From assembly GCA_964629685.1 (NCBI GenBank), contig CAZVTT010000001.1, positions 449,319-513,318 of the forward strand: a stretch of DNA of 64,000 nucleotides. Reading direction: 5' to 3'. The notes under the pieces were generated by a model. The model did not search any database and was not told the origin of the DNA. It saw only the letters and a program-made list of their open reading frames with translations. This document shows, one piece after another, positions 10,146-20,292 of the stretch (within the stretch, counting starts at the first letter, position 1; each line of letters opens with the position of its first letter). Source of the DNA: an uncultured Gammaproteobacteria bacterium (lineage in GTDB: Bacteria; Patescibacteriota; Microgenomatia; UBA10105; UBA927). Both the position numbers and the translations under genes were made by a program.

Positions 10146-11222
10146 GTGAAAGTTCCAGTTCAATCCACGATACTCTCATTCAAATCTTTGGCAGACATAG
10201 AATCTTTTGTCAGACGGCAAGAGTATGTTCCGATTATTCATGATATAGCAAAAGACCTATCCCGTGAATTATTTTTGGCAGAGCGTCCTTCCGTATATTA
10301 TGCTTCGCCCGATAGTCAGACATCTGCGTTTGACAAGCATTGGAAAGATTACGCTGGCGTAAACGATATCGAAGCGGGGAAATGGTTATATTGGGAATGG
10401 AGCGGAGATTTATGGCATTTATTGACAGCACCGGAGTATTATCGTCTCAGAACCATCCGGAATCGTAACATTATTTCGCCTGAAGAGCAGGTAAAACTAC
10501 AGAATGTAACCGTTTCGGTAGCCGGATTAAGCGTAGGACTAAATTCATTACTTTCGTTCGTGAGGTTAGGGATTGGAAAATCGTACAGATTAGCGGATTA
10601 TGACAGTGTTTCTCTCAGCAATTTTAACCGTTCCTTGTACTCATTACCGCAACTGCAATCTCAAAAAGTCTTAACTGCGGCTCGGGAAGTACTTTCCGTA
10701 GATCCGTTTATTAGCATCGACATTTTCCCCCAGGGTTTAAAAGAAACGAGTCTCTCTGAGTTTGTAATGGGCTCGGATCTTATTCTGGATACATTTGATA
10801 ACTTTGCTTTAAAACTGCTTTTACGTAAGGTAGCAAAACAATTTCGAATACCCGTGATTTCCGGTTTTGATGTAGAATTCGGTTCGGTATTATTGGTGGA
10901 GAGATATGATACGGAGCCGGATCTTGATGTGGGATTTTTCTTAAATGGAGTTTCCGAGGAATCTCTGTATGAGGTAACCACAGCAGAAAAGAAGACGGCT
11001 GCGTTTATTCATATTATCGGAGAAGAGTATCATTCACAGAGTATGCTTGATTCAGTGCTTGGAGTAGGGAAGCAGCTTACCGGTTATCCGCAATTATCTA
11101 TTGCTACCTCGCTAACTGCCGGAATATTTACTTATGCTGCTCTCCAGGTACTTACCGGAAAGAAAAAACATTCTCATAGACAATATATTTCGCTTCCCGA
11201 TGCGGTTAAAGGCTGGTCGTAA
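10146..11222 (+). CDS. ThiF/MoeB/E1-like fold protein with degenerate nucleotide-binding glycine motif
   Basis: GTG start 5 nt after upstream stop. VSVAGLSVGLNSLLSFVRLGIGKSYRLADYDSVSLSNFNRS aligns with the ThiF Rossmann region (GxGxxG then D.D.VE.SNLNRQ). DLILDTFDNF..IPVISG matches the second ThiF motif. Confidence 0.5.
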   Translation: MKVPVQSTILSFKSLADIESFVRRQEYVPIIHDIAKDLSRELFLAERPSVYYASPDSQTSAFDKHWKDYAGVNDIEAGKWLYWEWSGDLWHLLTAPEYYRLRTIRNRNIISPEEQVKLQNVTVSVAGLSVGLNSLLSFVRLGIGKSYRLADYDSVSLSNFNRSLYSLPQLQSQKVLTAAREVLSVDPFISIDIFPQGLKETSLSEFVMGSDLILDTFDNFALKLLLRKVAKQFRIPVISGFDVEFGSVLLVERYDTEPDLDVGFFLNGVSEESLYEVTTAEKKTAAFIHIIGEEYHSQSMLDSVLGVGKQLTGYPQLSIATSLTAGIFTYAALQVLTGKKKHSHRQYISLPDAVKGWS

Positions 11223-11270
11223 ACGAAATCGTGCTTTGACGTCTTCAAGGGATGACGGTATCATGATGGT

Positions 11271-13397
11271 ATGGGTCTGCTCATTTTGACAGTGTTCGTA
11301 ATTGCTAATACCATTCTTGGCCTAGCAATATACCTCAATAATCCCCGCAACTCAACAAATAAGTTGTTCTCGGTTCTTATTTTTGTTTTAACCCTTTATC
11401 TGGCAATAAACACGCAACTATCCCTGTTTCAGGATGTGACTATCAAGTTATTCCTATCCAGGTTCATTATTTCTTTAGGTTCATTAATAAATCTGTTGGT
11501 ATTTCTTTTTTTGACTACGTTTCCAAAAGAACGGATTACCGTATCCAAGACTGTTCTACTGGTGCTTTATATTCTTACCGCCGGCCTATTTACCGCAGGG
11601 TTTACGCCGTTAATCTTTACCGGGATTGACGTACAAAATAATGTTGTAGTTCCGACCCCCGGCATTTTAATGCCGGTATTTTTGCTCCATACATTGGGTT
11701 TAGTTCTTGCAGGAATAGTATCAATTGGGATTAGGTATTGGAAAAGCCGTGGATTGGAGAAATCCAGGATACGTTATGTGCTGCTTAGCTTCGTGGTGTT
11801 GTTTTCTCTAATTATTTTTTTAAATTTTATTCTGACGGTATTTTTTAAAATAGGTGATTTTGTTCCGTTTTTACCCCTTTATATTCTGGTTTTTAATTTG
11901 CTGGTCAGTTATGCAATCGTAAAGCACAGGTTGATGGATATTCGGGTTTTAGTTGCCCGTGCAGTGGTATATGCATTACTCTTACTTTTTGTAGCTGTAG
12001 TATATGCATCGACGGTATATTTTCTCGGTCAATTATTTTTTACTCTTAAGCTAAATAGTTTGGAAATTGGGATACTTATCGCGCTTTCGGTAGTGATAGC
12101 AATTACATTTCACCCCGTTCAACGTTTACTGGAAAAACACACTACCGGGCTGCTGTTTAAAAATAGATACGATACGGAAAAATTACTGAGTCGCTTAAGT
12201 AAAATAATGTCTTCCACATTCCGGTTGCAGGATTTGACTCACGATATTCTTCAGGAAATCCGACAAGAAGTTAAAATAACCAAAATTGCTTTCATTTTAT
12301 TGGAAAAAGATACAATCGCTGATGTTAAGAGCGAAGGGTTCAGTTCACCGCCAACTTTGGATGAAGATGAAATAAAACGGTTAGTCTCTACCAGAGAAAC
12401 GGTTATCTTTGACGAGTTAGATGAAGGTGAATTAAAAGATATTCTTCGTAAGCTGGGTTTTTCCGTAGTGGTACATTTGCGTACCGAAGGATCTCAGGTC
12501 GGTATATTAGTGCTTGGTGTAAAAGAATCAGGGGATATTTATTCGGATCAAGATTTGGATTTTTTGGAAATTGTTGCCCCTGAAATGGCTGTTGCGATTC
12601 AAAATGCTAAATCTTCAGAAGAGATCCGGAGATTTAACACGACGCTGAAGGACGAAGTCAGTCACGCTACAAGTGATTTAAGAAATGCCAATGAGAAACT
12701 TCAGGAACTTGACAAGCTTAAGGATGAATTCGTTTCCCTTGCATCTCATGAGTTAAGAACACCCATGACTGCAATAAAAGGATCAATCTCGACGATTATA
12801 GAAGGATATGCCGGCGATATATCTCAAGAAGCACGGGAATTCCTGATGTCTGCCTATAATGAGAACGACCGATTAATCAGACTGGTAAATAACCTTCTAA
12901 ATATTTCCAGAATTGAAGCGGGCCGGTTTATTTTTAACCTTCAGAAAGTAAATATGGATACTATTATTACTGAAGTAGTAAAAAATTTACAAATGGCTGC
13001 GAAAGAGAAAAATTTCTATCTTAAGTTTGAACGATTAACGGAGTTAACGGCTGTAAATGCAGACGAAGATAAAGTTAAGGAAGTATTAATCAATTTAATC
13101 GGAAATGCCATTAAATTTACACATGAGGGTGGTATAACCGTACGTGCAAAACGGGAAGGAGATTTTATTATTACCTCAGTCTCCGACACTGGTCACGGTA
13201 TTTCAAAAGAAGACCAGGAAATCTTATTTCAGAAGTTTTCCAGAGTACAGAAAGAATATTCAAAACAGGCTGGTGGAACGGGATTGGGGTTATATATTAG
13301 TAAGCAAATTATCGAAGGACACAAGGGAAAGATTTGGCTGGATTCCGATGTGGGGAAAGGAAGTACGTTTTATTTTTCACTCCCAGTAGCGGCATAG
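11271..13397 (+). CDS. Sensor histidine kinase with N-terminal polytopic (HisKA_7TM-like) domain, GAF-like region, HisKA and HATPase_c
   Basis: About 8 N-terminal TM helices; H-box LASHELRTPMTAIKG; G-boxes GTGLGLYISKQII and GKGSTFYFSLP. Confidence 0.85.
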   Translation: MGLLILTVFVIANTILGLAIYLNNPRNSTNKLFSVLIFVLTLYLAINTQLSLFQDVTIKLFLSRFIISLGSLINLLVFLFLTTFPKERITVSKTVLLVLYILTAGLFTAGFTPLIFTGIDVQNNVVVPTPGILMPVFLLHTLGLVLAGIVSIGIRYWKSRGLEKSRIRYVLLSFVVLFSLIIFLNFILTVFFKIGDFVPFLPLYILVFNLLVSYAIVKHRLMDIRVLVARAVVYALLLLFVAVVYASTVYFLGQLFFTLKLNSLEIGILIALSVVIAITFHPVQRLLEKHTTGLLFKNRYDTEKLLSRLSKIMSSTFRLQDLTHDILQEIRQEVKITKIAFILLEKDTIADVKSEGFSSPPTLDEDEIKRLVSTRETVIFDELDEGELKDILRKLGFSVVVHLRTEGSQVGILVLGVKESGDIYSDQDLDFLEIVAPEMAVAIQNAKSSEEIRRFNTTLKDEVSHATSDLRNANEKLQELDKLKDEFVSLASHELRTPMTAIKGSISTIIEGYAGDISQEAREFLMSAYNENDRLIRLVNNLLNISRIEAGRFIFNLQKVNMDTIITEVVKNLQMAAKEKNFYLKFERLTELTAVNADEDKVKEVLINLIGNAIKFTHEGGITVRAKREGDFIITSVSDTGHGISKEDQEILFQKFSRVQKEYSKQAGGTGLGLYISKQIIEGHKGKIWLDSDVGKGSTFYFSLPVAA

Positions 13398-13430
13398 CAG
13401 TATATAATATAGTATATATAGTGATTAAAT

Positions 13431-13802
13431 ATGGCAAAAATATTATTTGTTGAAGATGACCCGTTAATATTAAAAATATACACGACCAGACTTTCAGCCG
13501 ACGGGCATGAGGTCGTTACTGCAGAAAATGGCGAAGACGGATTGGCTAAAGCCAACGAGAGTAAACCGGACCTAATAGTGCTGGACGTAATGATGCCGAA
13601 AATGGACGGTTTTGCGGTACTGGAAAAACTTAGAATTCAGGAACAGTTTAAAAATATTCCCATTTTGTTGTACTCCAATCTGGGTCAGGAAGAAGAAATT
13701 GCCCGCGCTAAGCAAATGGGGGCCACTGAATTTATTGTGAAAGCTAATATTTCTCCGACAGAAATGGTAAACGTAATTAAGCAGTATTTACATTTAGCGT
13801 AA
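13431..13802 (+). CDS. Single-domain response regulator (CheY-like receiver)
   Basis: ILFVEDDPLI...LIVLDVMMPKMDGF receiver motifs; 123 aa with no output domain. Confidence 0.8.
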   Translation: MAKILFVEDDPLILKIYTTRLSADGHEVVTAENGEDGLAKANESKPDLIVLDVMMPKMDGFAVLEKLRIQEQFKNIPILLYSNLGQEEEIARAKQMGATEFIVKANISPTEMVNVIKQYLHLA

Positions 13803-13856
13803 TTACGGTGTTTGTTCCACAGCGTATGTACCGTGAACGAATTAAAATAAAGACTT

Positions 13857-15533
13857 ATGATACTGCCCGAAATACTTCGTGAAATAATTCTTAAATCCGG
13901 CTTTGTTAGTCAGAAAGACTTCGATCAGGCACAAAAAGCTTCGGAAGAACTTAATAGGGATGTTACGGATGTGCTCATTTACCGCGGGTTAATTAGTCAG
14001 GAAGTATTGGGCCAATTAATTGCCGAATATTACCAGGTACCGTACGCGAAGCTTGCCCACAAAGTGATTCCCGAAAATGTTTTGAAATTAATTCCGATTG
14101 AAGCGGCATCCACCTTTCGGATATTACCGTTTGCGCTTGATGCAACCACGGTAAGTCTGGCAATGGAGGATCCTTCGGATTTGGAAGCCAGGGAGTTCGT
14201 AAAACGAAAATCCGGACTTATGGTGAAACCGTTTTATGCGAGCATGCCTGATTTGTCTGGGGCATTAGGACAATATAAACGAAACATAAAAGATATTTTT
14301 ACGACGATAATTGAGGAAAACGTCCAAAAAAGCTCTGTGGAAACGGATGATATTGCTAAGCTCGCATCTGATATTCCTGTTATTAGAATTCTGGATACCA
14401 TTTTGGAGTATGCATCCGGTGAGGGTTCTTCAGATATACATTTTGAAGCAATGGAATCATCCTTTTTAGTCCGATTTCGTATAGACGGTGTTCTGCGTGA
14501 TATTTTAAATTTGCCGAAGACCATACATGCAGGAATTGTTGCAAGAATAAAAATTCTTTCACAGCTCAAAATCGACGAACATCGGATTCCCCAAGACGGG
14601 AGATTTAAATTTAAAGTACAGGAAAATTATATTGCACTTCGTGTTTCTATTTTGCCTTCTTTTTACGGTGAAAATATTGTATTGCGTATTCTTCCTGAAT
14701 CCGCCAGACCTTTATCTTTGGAAGAATTGGGGCTTACCGGACATAATTTGGAATTAGTTAGGCATAATATCCGAAAACCGCATGGAATGATCCTGGTAAC
14801 CGGGCCAACGGGATCCGGTAAGACTACTACGCTTTATAGTGTTTTAAACATTTTAAATACCACGGAAGTAAAAATTTGTACTGTGGAAGATCCGGTTGAA
14901 TACGGGATAGGTCGGGTTAACCAAACTCAAATAAATCCTCAGGCTGGATTAACGTTTGCAGCAGGACTTCGTTCACTACTAAGACATGATCCCGATATTA
15001 TTATGGTTGGGGAAATTCGTGATAAAGAAACCGCGGAAATGGCTATTCATTCTTCATTGACTGGGCATTTAGTGCTTTCTACATTACACACGAACGATGC
15101 TGCGGGAACTATTCCCCGGTTTCTGGATATGGGCGCGGAAGGTTTTCTGGTTGCTTCGACGTTAAATTTGGTTATTGCCCAACGTTTAGTAAGGAAAATA
15201 TGTACCAGTTGTATTGAGACGTATGTGCCGGGTGAAGAAACGATTGCGTATCTTAAACGATTTTTGGGTGAGGGAGAGTTATCACATCAGTTCTACCGCG
15301 GCAAAGGATGTCAGGAGTGTAATAGAAAAGGATACAAAGGGAGAATAGGCATATATGAAATATTGGAAATAAACGATACCATCCGGGCGCTTATTCTAAA
15401 ACGGGTAGCAGCTGAAGAAATTGCTGAAGCCGGAGTAAAAAATGGTATGACACGCTTACTCCGCGATGGTATAGATAAAGCCAGCGGCGGTCTTACGACA
15501 ATCGAAGAAGTACTGAGGGTGGTACGCGAGTAA
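13857..15533 (+). CDS. pilB: Type IV pilus assembly ATPase PilB (GspE family)
   Basis: Walker A LVTGPTGSGKTTTLY; GspE N-terminal domain; C-terminal tetracysteine CTSC...CQEC. Confidence 0.9.
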   Translation: MILPEILREIILKSGFVSQKDFDQAQKASEELNRDVTDVLIYRGLISQEVLGQLIAEYYQVPYAKLAHKVIPENVLKLIPIEAASTFRILPFALDATTVSLAMEDPSDLEAREFVKRKSGLMVKPFYASMPDLSGALGQYKRNIKDIFTTIIEENVQKSSVETDDIAKLASDIPVIRILDTILEYASGEGSSDIHFEAMESSFLVRFRIDGVLRDILNLPKTIHAGIVARIKILSQLKIDEHRIPQDGRFKFKVQENYIALRVSILPSFYGENIVLRILPESARPLSLEELGLTGHNLELVRHNIRKPHGMILVTGPTGSGKTTTLYSVLNILNTTEVKICTVEDPVEYGIGRVNQTQINPQAGLTFAAGLRSLLRHDPDIIMVGEIRDKETAEMAIHSSLTGHLVLSTLHTNDAAGTIPRFLDMGAEGFLVASTLNLVIAQRLVRKICTSCIETYVPGEETIAYLKRFLGEGELSHQFYRGKGCQECNRKGYKGRIGIYEILEINDTIRALILKRVAAEEIAEAGVKNGMTRLLRDGIDKASGGLTTIEEVLRVVRE

Positions 15534-15534
15534 T

Positions 15535-16752
15535 ATGGCTAATTTTACATATAAGGCGTTGGATACAAACAAAATTGTTTCATCCGGAGTACTTTCTGCA
15601 AAAACCAGGGATGAAGTTGCCCAACTGCTTACAAAAAAAGGATTAACTCCGCTTAGTGTCAGGGAAGTAGCAGAAAAGGCGGTAATTAAAGGAACTATTC
15701 CTCAAATCGAGAAAATTACTTTTTGTAGATATATGGGAATAATGCTCTCCTCGGGTTTATCACTTTCGGAAGGAATAGAAGTACTTCATGAAGAAACGAA
15801 ACATCCGCTCATGAGAAGAATCCTCGGTGATATGACATATAGCCTTGAACAGGGTCAGCAATTGTCTTCAATATTTGAAAGATATCCTGATGTATTTGAA
15901 TCATATTTCCTTACATTAACCCGGGCGGGGGAAATCAGCGGAAAACTAGCGGAAGTGTTCAGATATTTGGAAACGGAACTTCGTGCCGAATATAGTCTAA
16001 ATTCGAAAGTAAAAGGTGCGTTACTTTATCCCGGAATCGTCTTTACAGCCATGTTAGGAATCGGTGTCCTGATGTTCTTTTTCGTACTTCCTCAGATTGG
16101 AAAAGTATTCCTGAGTTTAAAGTTACCGCTTCCGGAAATAACCAGAATGTTATTTGTTGTAAGCATTGCCTTGTCTCAATTTATGATCCCCATATTAGGT
16201 GGAGGTGTAGCAGGTGCTATAGCGCTTTTTTTTATATTAAGACGCCCAGGAGCAAAGTCAGTAATTTTTCTTTTTATTCGGCCATTACCACTGATCCGGA
16301 ATTTAATCCAGAAAGTAGATATGGCCAGATTCAATAGAATATTTGCGACGCTTATCAGGAGTGCCGTACCTATAACGGAGGCGGTGGAAATTTCATTAAA
16401 TACGCTTTCTTGGTACGAGTACCGGAACTTGTCTAAAGAAATACCTGAAGAAATAAAAAAAGGAAAAGCACTTTCGGCTGTAATAAAGGAACATAAGGCT
16501 TTTCCGTCGTTAATGGTGCAAATGATTGCCGCCGGAGAAAAAACCGCAACGCTTGACAGTACTCTGGCTGATCTGGCGAGTTTTTATGAAAATGAAGTTG
16601 AAGAAGAAGTTAAAAGTTTAACGCAAATAATTGAACCCGTGTTGATGTTGCTGGTAGGAGTAGCCGTGGGTGGGATGATTCTCTCAATTATTGCCCCCAT
16701 TTACAGTGTCGTAGGAAGTTTTCAGCAAGCTGCAGGCGGACCCCCGCAATAA
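15535..16752 (+). CDS. pilC: Type IV pilus platform protein PilC (GspF family)
   Basis: 405 aa, two GspF-type repeats with 3 TM segments, directly follows pilB. Confidence 0.85.
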   Translation: MANFTYKALDTNKIVSSGVLSAKTRDEVAQLLTKKGLTPLSVREVAEKAVIKGTIPQIEKITFCRYMGIMLSSGLSLSEGIEVLHEETKHPLMRRILGDMTYSLEQGQQLSSIFERYPDVFESYFLTLTRAGEISGKLAEVFRYLETELRAEYSLNSKVKGALLYPGIVFTAMLGIGVLMFFFVLPQIGKVFLSLKLPLPEITRMLFVVSIALSQFMIPILGGGVAGAIALFFILRRPGAKSVIFLFIRPLPLIRNLIQKVDMARFNRIFATLIRSAVPITEAVEISLNTLSWYEYRNLSKEIPEEIKKGKALSAVIKEHKAFPSLMVQMIAAGEKTATLDSTLADLASFYENEVEEEVKSLTQIIEPVLMLLVGVAVGGMILSIIAPIYSVVGSFQQAAGGPPQ

Positions 16753-16760
16753 CAGGAATA

Positions 16761-18176
16761 CTATTGTTCTTCCCAGGTTATGAATTCATATTCACCCTGT
16801 GTTGGAAAGTATGGTGGCGGATTAAAGTACAGGTTTGGATCATAGGTTATATCTCTTGTTATAAAACCCGATGTTGGACCGGTGCCAAAGTTCCAGTATG
16901 ACTTTTGGTTACTGATGACTGAACCGTATATCGTCAGATTATTCCTGACGGCGCTACCAAACGAGCTACAACCCGAATAATTATAATTATGTCGGATTAT
17001 TCTGCCGTTGGAAGCTAATAGTGCTCCGTCAATTTCAAAATTTGTCGGGACATTATAACCAAAATATATATTATTCTGTGCAAATACACCTAGCTGGGAA
17101 TGTCCGTCTTTTGCGATATAGGTCAAATTGCTCGGTATCCATATATTCATGAAGTTGGTATTTATGGGAAAACGAGCTGCCACGACAGTTGCTCTGCCGT
17201 TTACGGTACCGTTCACCCACAAATGATCTTCTATAAAAATTATTGGTTTGGCATCGAGGCTGTATGTTCCTACGGCAGTTTCTGAAGTAATCTGCTGGTT
17301 AAGATTTTCACAGTTATTCTCTACACTCCAACCTCTTCTGTTATTTGCGGCTGTGACTTTTGTAATGGTTACTGTTCCTACGCTGTTAAAAACGAGATGA
17401 TAACCCAACGCGTTAGAATTACCCAGGTATATTCCGTTTGCTTGAGCTGCCGTTTTCATCACGCTAAAATCGATTGCCAGACTATTGAAATCGACCTGAG
17501 GTACCGGGAACTGCCATAAGCTTTGCGGTCCACCAGCACCCCATACGCCATTTCTGTTCTGTGATGGCGTGCATCCCGTTTCCGTCCCACATGTATACGT
17601 TTGTTTGGCGCTTTGAATTGTTGAATCATTCGTCCCATCCATACGAATTCCACCGTTTGACATTACTTTTCCATGTACGGTAATTCCTGAGCCAAACCAG
17701 ACGTTGGCATTATGGAGAAATGCAAATTTCGAAAGTGAGGGTATTCCGTATTTTGCGTATACAGTTCTTTTAATTTCCGGATGACTATTAATCCAGCCTT
17801 GTGAAGTGATGGTTACGATCGAAGATCCAGAAGCTGGGGGCGTAATAGTAAGACTAAACGTGCCATCAGTATTCCCATATGGGTCATTAAGTGTCTTTAT
17901 GTATGGACCAGGTAACCCTGTTCCGTCTTTAAAGTCTAACGGATCGTGTGCCAAATGCCATCGGTAATACTCAGCACCTGCCTGTGCGATTGTCAGTGAT
18001 TTTTCGAAAGCTTCAGAACGGGTTGCTGCAGTGTATTGTGTCGCGGCGACTAAAACCAACCCACCGACGGTTACGCTAATTACTAATCCGAATACCAGAA
18101 CGAGTATTGAAATACCCCCTGTATGAAACCGTTTATGTATAAACGTATATTGTAGGTATGAAAACAATTTCATCAT
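16761..18176 (-). CDS. Hypothetical pilus-associated secreted protein with N-terminal membrane anchor
   Basis: N-terminal hydrophobic segment without canonical prepilin G-F-T-L-I-E; last gene of the minus-strand pseudopilin operon; Gly/Asn/Thr-rich beta-type composition. Confidence 0.45.
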   Translation of the reverse strand: MMKLFSYLQYTFIHKRFHTGGISILVLVFGLVISVTVGGLVLVAATQYTAATRSEAFEKSLTIAQAGAEYYRWHLAHDPLDFKDGTGLPGPYIKTLNDPYGNTDGTFSLTITPPASGSSIVTITSQGWINSHPEIKRTVYAKYGIPSLSKFAFLHNANVWFGSGITVHGKVMSNGGIRMDGTNDSTIQSAKQTYTCGTETGCTPSQNRNGVWGAGGPQSLWQFPVPQVDFNSLAIDFSVMKTAAQANGIYLGNSNALGYHLVFNSVGTVTITKVTAANNRRGWSVENNCENLNQQITSETAVGTYSLDAKPIIFIEDHLWVNGTVNGRATVVAARFPINTNFMNIWIPSNLTYIAKDGHSQLGVFAQNNIYFGYNVPTNFEIDGALLASNGRIIRHNYNYSGCSSFGSAVRNNLTIYGSVISNQKSYWNFGTGPTSGFITRDITYDPNLYFNPPPYFPTQGEYEFITWEEQ

Positions 18177-18187
18177 ATAAGTATAAG

Positions 18188-18799
18188 TTATAGATTTGTT
18201 TTTAGACTACGGATTTGAACTCCGGAATTGAGTTCAAACGGTTGAGCTTTTGTCGTAGAGCTAATATTAATTCGTAACCGTACTGCGATATATTTGGTAT
18301 TTAATAATCTGTTAGCAGCGGAAAGGGGGTTGTTAACCGTGTCAGCCGGCCATTCACCGTTATAATATGTAAATATTGGTCCAGTCGATGTGTCAACATA
18401 ACTTGCGACAGTAGTAAATTGCTCATTTTGTGAAGGATAAGTTACCGGAACGGCAGTAGGCTGTATGACTCCGCGTACTAAATCGGTTCCGTTTAAAAAA
18501 TACCGTACTCTATCGGATCTATTATCATTTGTAACATCCGAGTAAAAAATTAGCGTCGTATTATCCGTTTGAGCTAAAGGCCATGCGCCATCGTCACCCA
18601 GTCTGGCTTCCCGTATTTCCCGAATCATTCTGGTTAATCCTGTTTGTGCTAATCCAATTGCCTGGTTTTCTTCATATGAGAATGAATAATTGTTAAAGTA
18701 ATAGGCAGAAAATACTGCCACCCCTGCGACAATGGAGGTAAACAGGAACACAGCTATTATAATTTCAAGTAAAGTGAATCCTTTAATATATTTGTGCAT
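18188..18799 (-). CDS. Type IV pilus minor pilin / pseudopilin (prepilin-type N-terminal domain)
   Basis: KGFTLLEIIIAVFLF prepilin cleavage/methylation motif. Confidence 0.7.
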   Translation of the reverse strand: MHKYIKGFTLLEIIIAVFLFTSIVAGVAVFSAYYFNNYSFSYEENQAIGLAQTGLTRMIREIREARLGDDGAWPLAQTDNTTLIFYSDVTNDNRSDRVRYFLNGTDLVRGVIQPTAVPVTYPSQNEQFTTVASYVDTSTGPIFTYYNGEWPADTVNNPLSAANRLLNTKYIAVRLRINISSTTKAQPFELNSGVQIRSLKTNL

Positions 18800-18800
18800 A

Positions 18801-20162
18801 TTATGGTTGAAAGGAATTTAAGGTTACGGATTCCTGATATGAGCCGGATAATGTAATAGACGCAGTTGCATCCTGATAACCCGGAAGAGATACCCGTAAT
18901 TGATATCCCGGGCCCGGTGTTAGTCCGCTGAAAAATACCTGACCATAATCCGGTGTCCCTGTCGCTGCGGTAACCCGTGTCAGATCAACACCCAGTCCGG
19001 TATTAAGTAATTGGGCAGTAGCGGAAGCTTGCGGTATACCAAGGCTGTCTTTGGCAATCACTAATAGGGACGTATTGGTTTTAGGTATGGCCGTAACCGG
19101 AATTGTGATACTGGTATTTGGGAGTAATGTTACCGGAAGTGGCGGGTTTGATCCCGTTAAATTGTGTGCTGAGTTAGAAAAATCTAATGTATATGTATCC
19201 CATTCTAAATTTGGAATACTGACCGTGCCTCCTCCTGTATTCGTAGTATAGCTATATTTATAAACCGGCTGGTCTGCACTGTCATAGCCGATAATCTTGT
19301 TACCTTTTAGGGTGAAAATTACGTTTGCGATCGGTGCATACCCCGGCCCGGGGCCGAACGATTGCACAGTTATATTACTGATTCTGTCGATGGAAAATGA
19401 AATTTGGGTAAGTTGTCCTTCTATTACTGTTGTCAGAGGTTGTAAGGGGTTTGTTACTTCCGCCGTTGTGTGAGTTGAATCGGTTGAATATCCGGATTTA
19501 GTAACGCTAATAGAGTAACAGGTTACACATGCAGGAGCTCCGGGGAGAACAATAAGTCCATTGCTATTGGTAAGCGTTTGCGTATGGATGGCTGGAGTAA
19601 CAACCGTGTTATCTATGGTAACCGTTGCATTCGCTATCGGTTGCGCATTTGAATCAAACACCTGAATATACATGGTGCCGCCACCAACGATAGTTTCTAC
19701 ACCTTTAGGGACGATATTGGTAACGAATGCTAATGGTGTCCGCGATGGATATGCGCCTTCCCATGTTATTTCGACTCTTACCCGTTTATAATCCGTGTTT
19801 ATTAAATCGCTTGGGGCAATAGTATCAAACGGATCATCAACATAGATAACCGATGTTTTAATCGTAAACGGAAGACCGTTAACCGTAAGTACTTCCGTTT
19901 GGGGTAATGCTCCCTGAGGTATCCCACCAGAGGTTCCGACGCTGGCATACGGGAGGTTGCGGACAATTTCCATTTTTTCCTGAGCGAGCGCTACTGCTGT
20001 AGCTCTTACACGTGATTCACCGATATTCATGAGTACCTGTTGTACAATCATTGCGATGGCTGCAAAGAATATACCCAAGACTCCCAAAGCTACCAGGGTC
20101 TCAATAAACGTAAAACCATTGGAGTCCTTGGTCCTTAAAGGTGGGGGCAGAAAGTGTTTCAC
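18801..20162 (-). CDS. Large pseudopilin-like protein (prepilin-type N-terminal domain)
   Basis: NGFTFIETLVALGVLGIFFAA prepilin motif; 453 aa. Confidence 0.7.
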   Translation of the reverse strand: MKHFLPPPLRTKDSNGFTFIETLVALGVLGIFFAAIAMIVQQVLMNIGESRVRATAVALAQEKMEIVRNLPYASVGTSGGIPQGALPQTEVLTVNGLPFTIKTSVIYVDDPFDTIAPSDLINTDYKRVRVEITWEGAYPSRTPLAFVTNIVPKGVETIVGGGTMYIQVFDSNAQPIANATVTIDNTVVTPAIHTQTLTNSNGLIVLPGAPACVTCYSISVTKSGYSTDSTHTTAEVTNPLQPLTTVIEGQLTQISFSIDRISNITVQSFGPGPGYAPIANVIFTLKGNKIIGYDSADQPVYKYSYTTNTGGGTVSIPNLEWDTYTLDFSNSAHNLTGSNPPLPVTLLPNTSITIPVTAIPKTNTSLLVIAKDSLGIPQASATAQLLNTGLGVDLTRVTAATGTPDYGQVFFSGLTPGPGYQLRVSLPGYQDATASITLSGSYQESVTLNSFQP

Positions 20163-20292
20163 TATTTCATCTTACAGAAGGAGACCTAATAGGTACAAGT
20201 CTACGACAGCAACTGGTGTATTCGTGATACAATTCTAGTATACACGTGCGGAACGTGTTATTTGCTGTATACGCGATATTTTAATACTGCCC

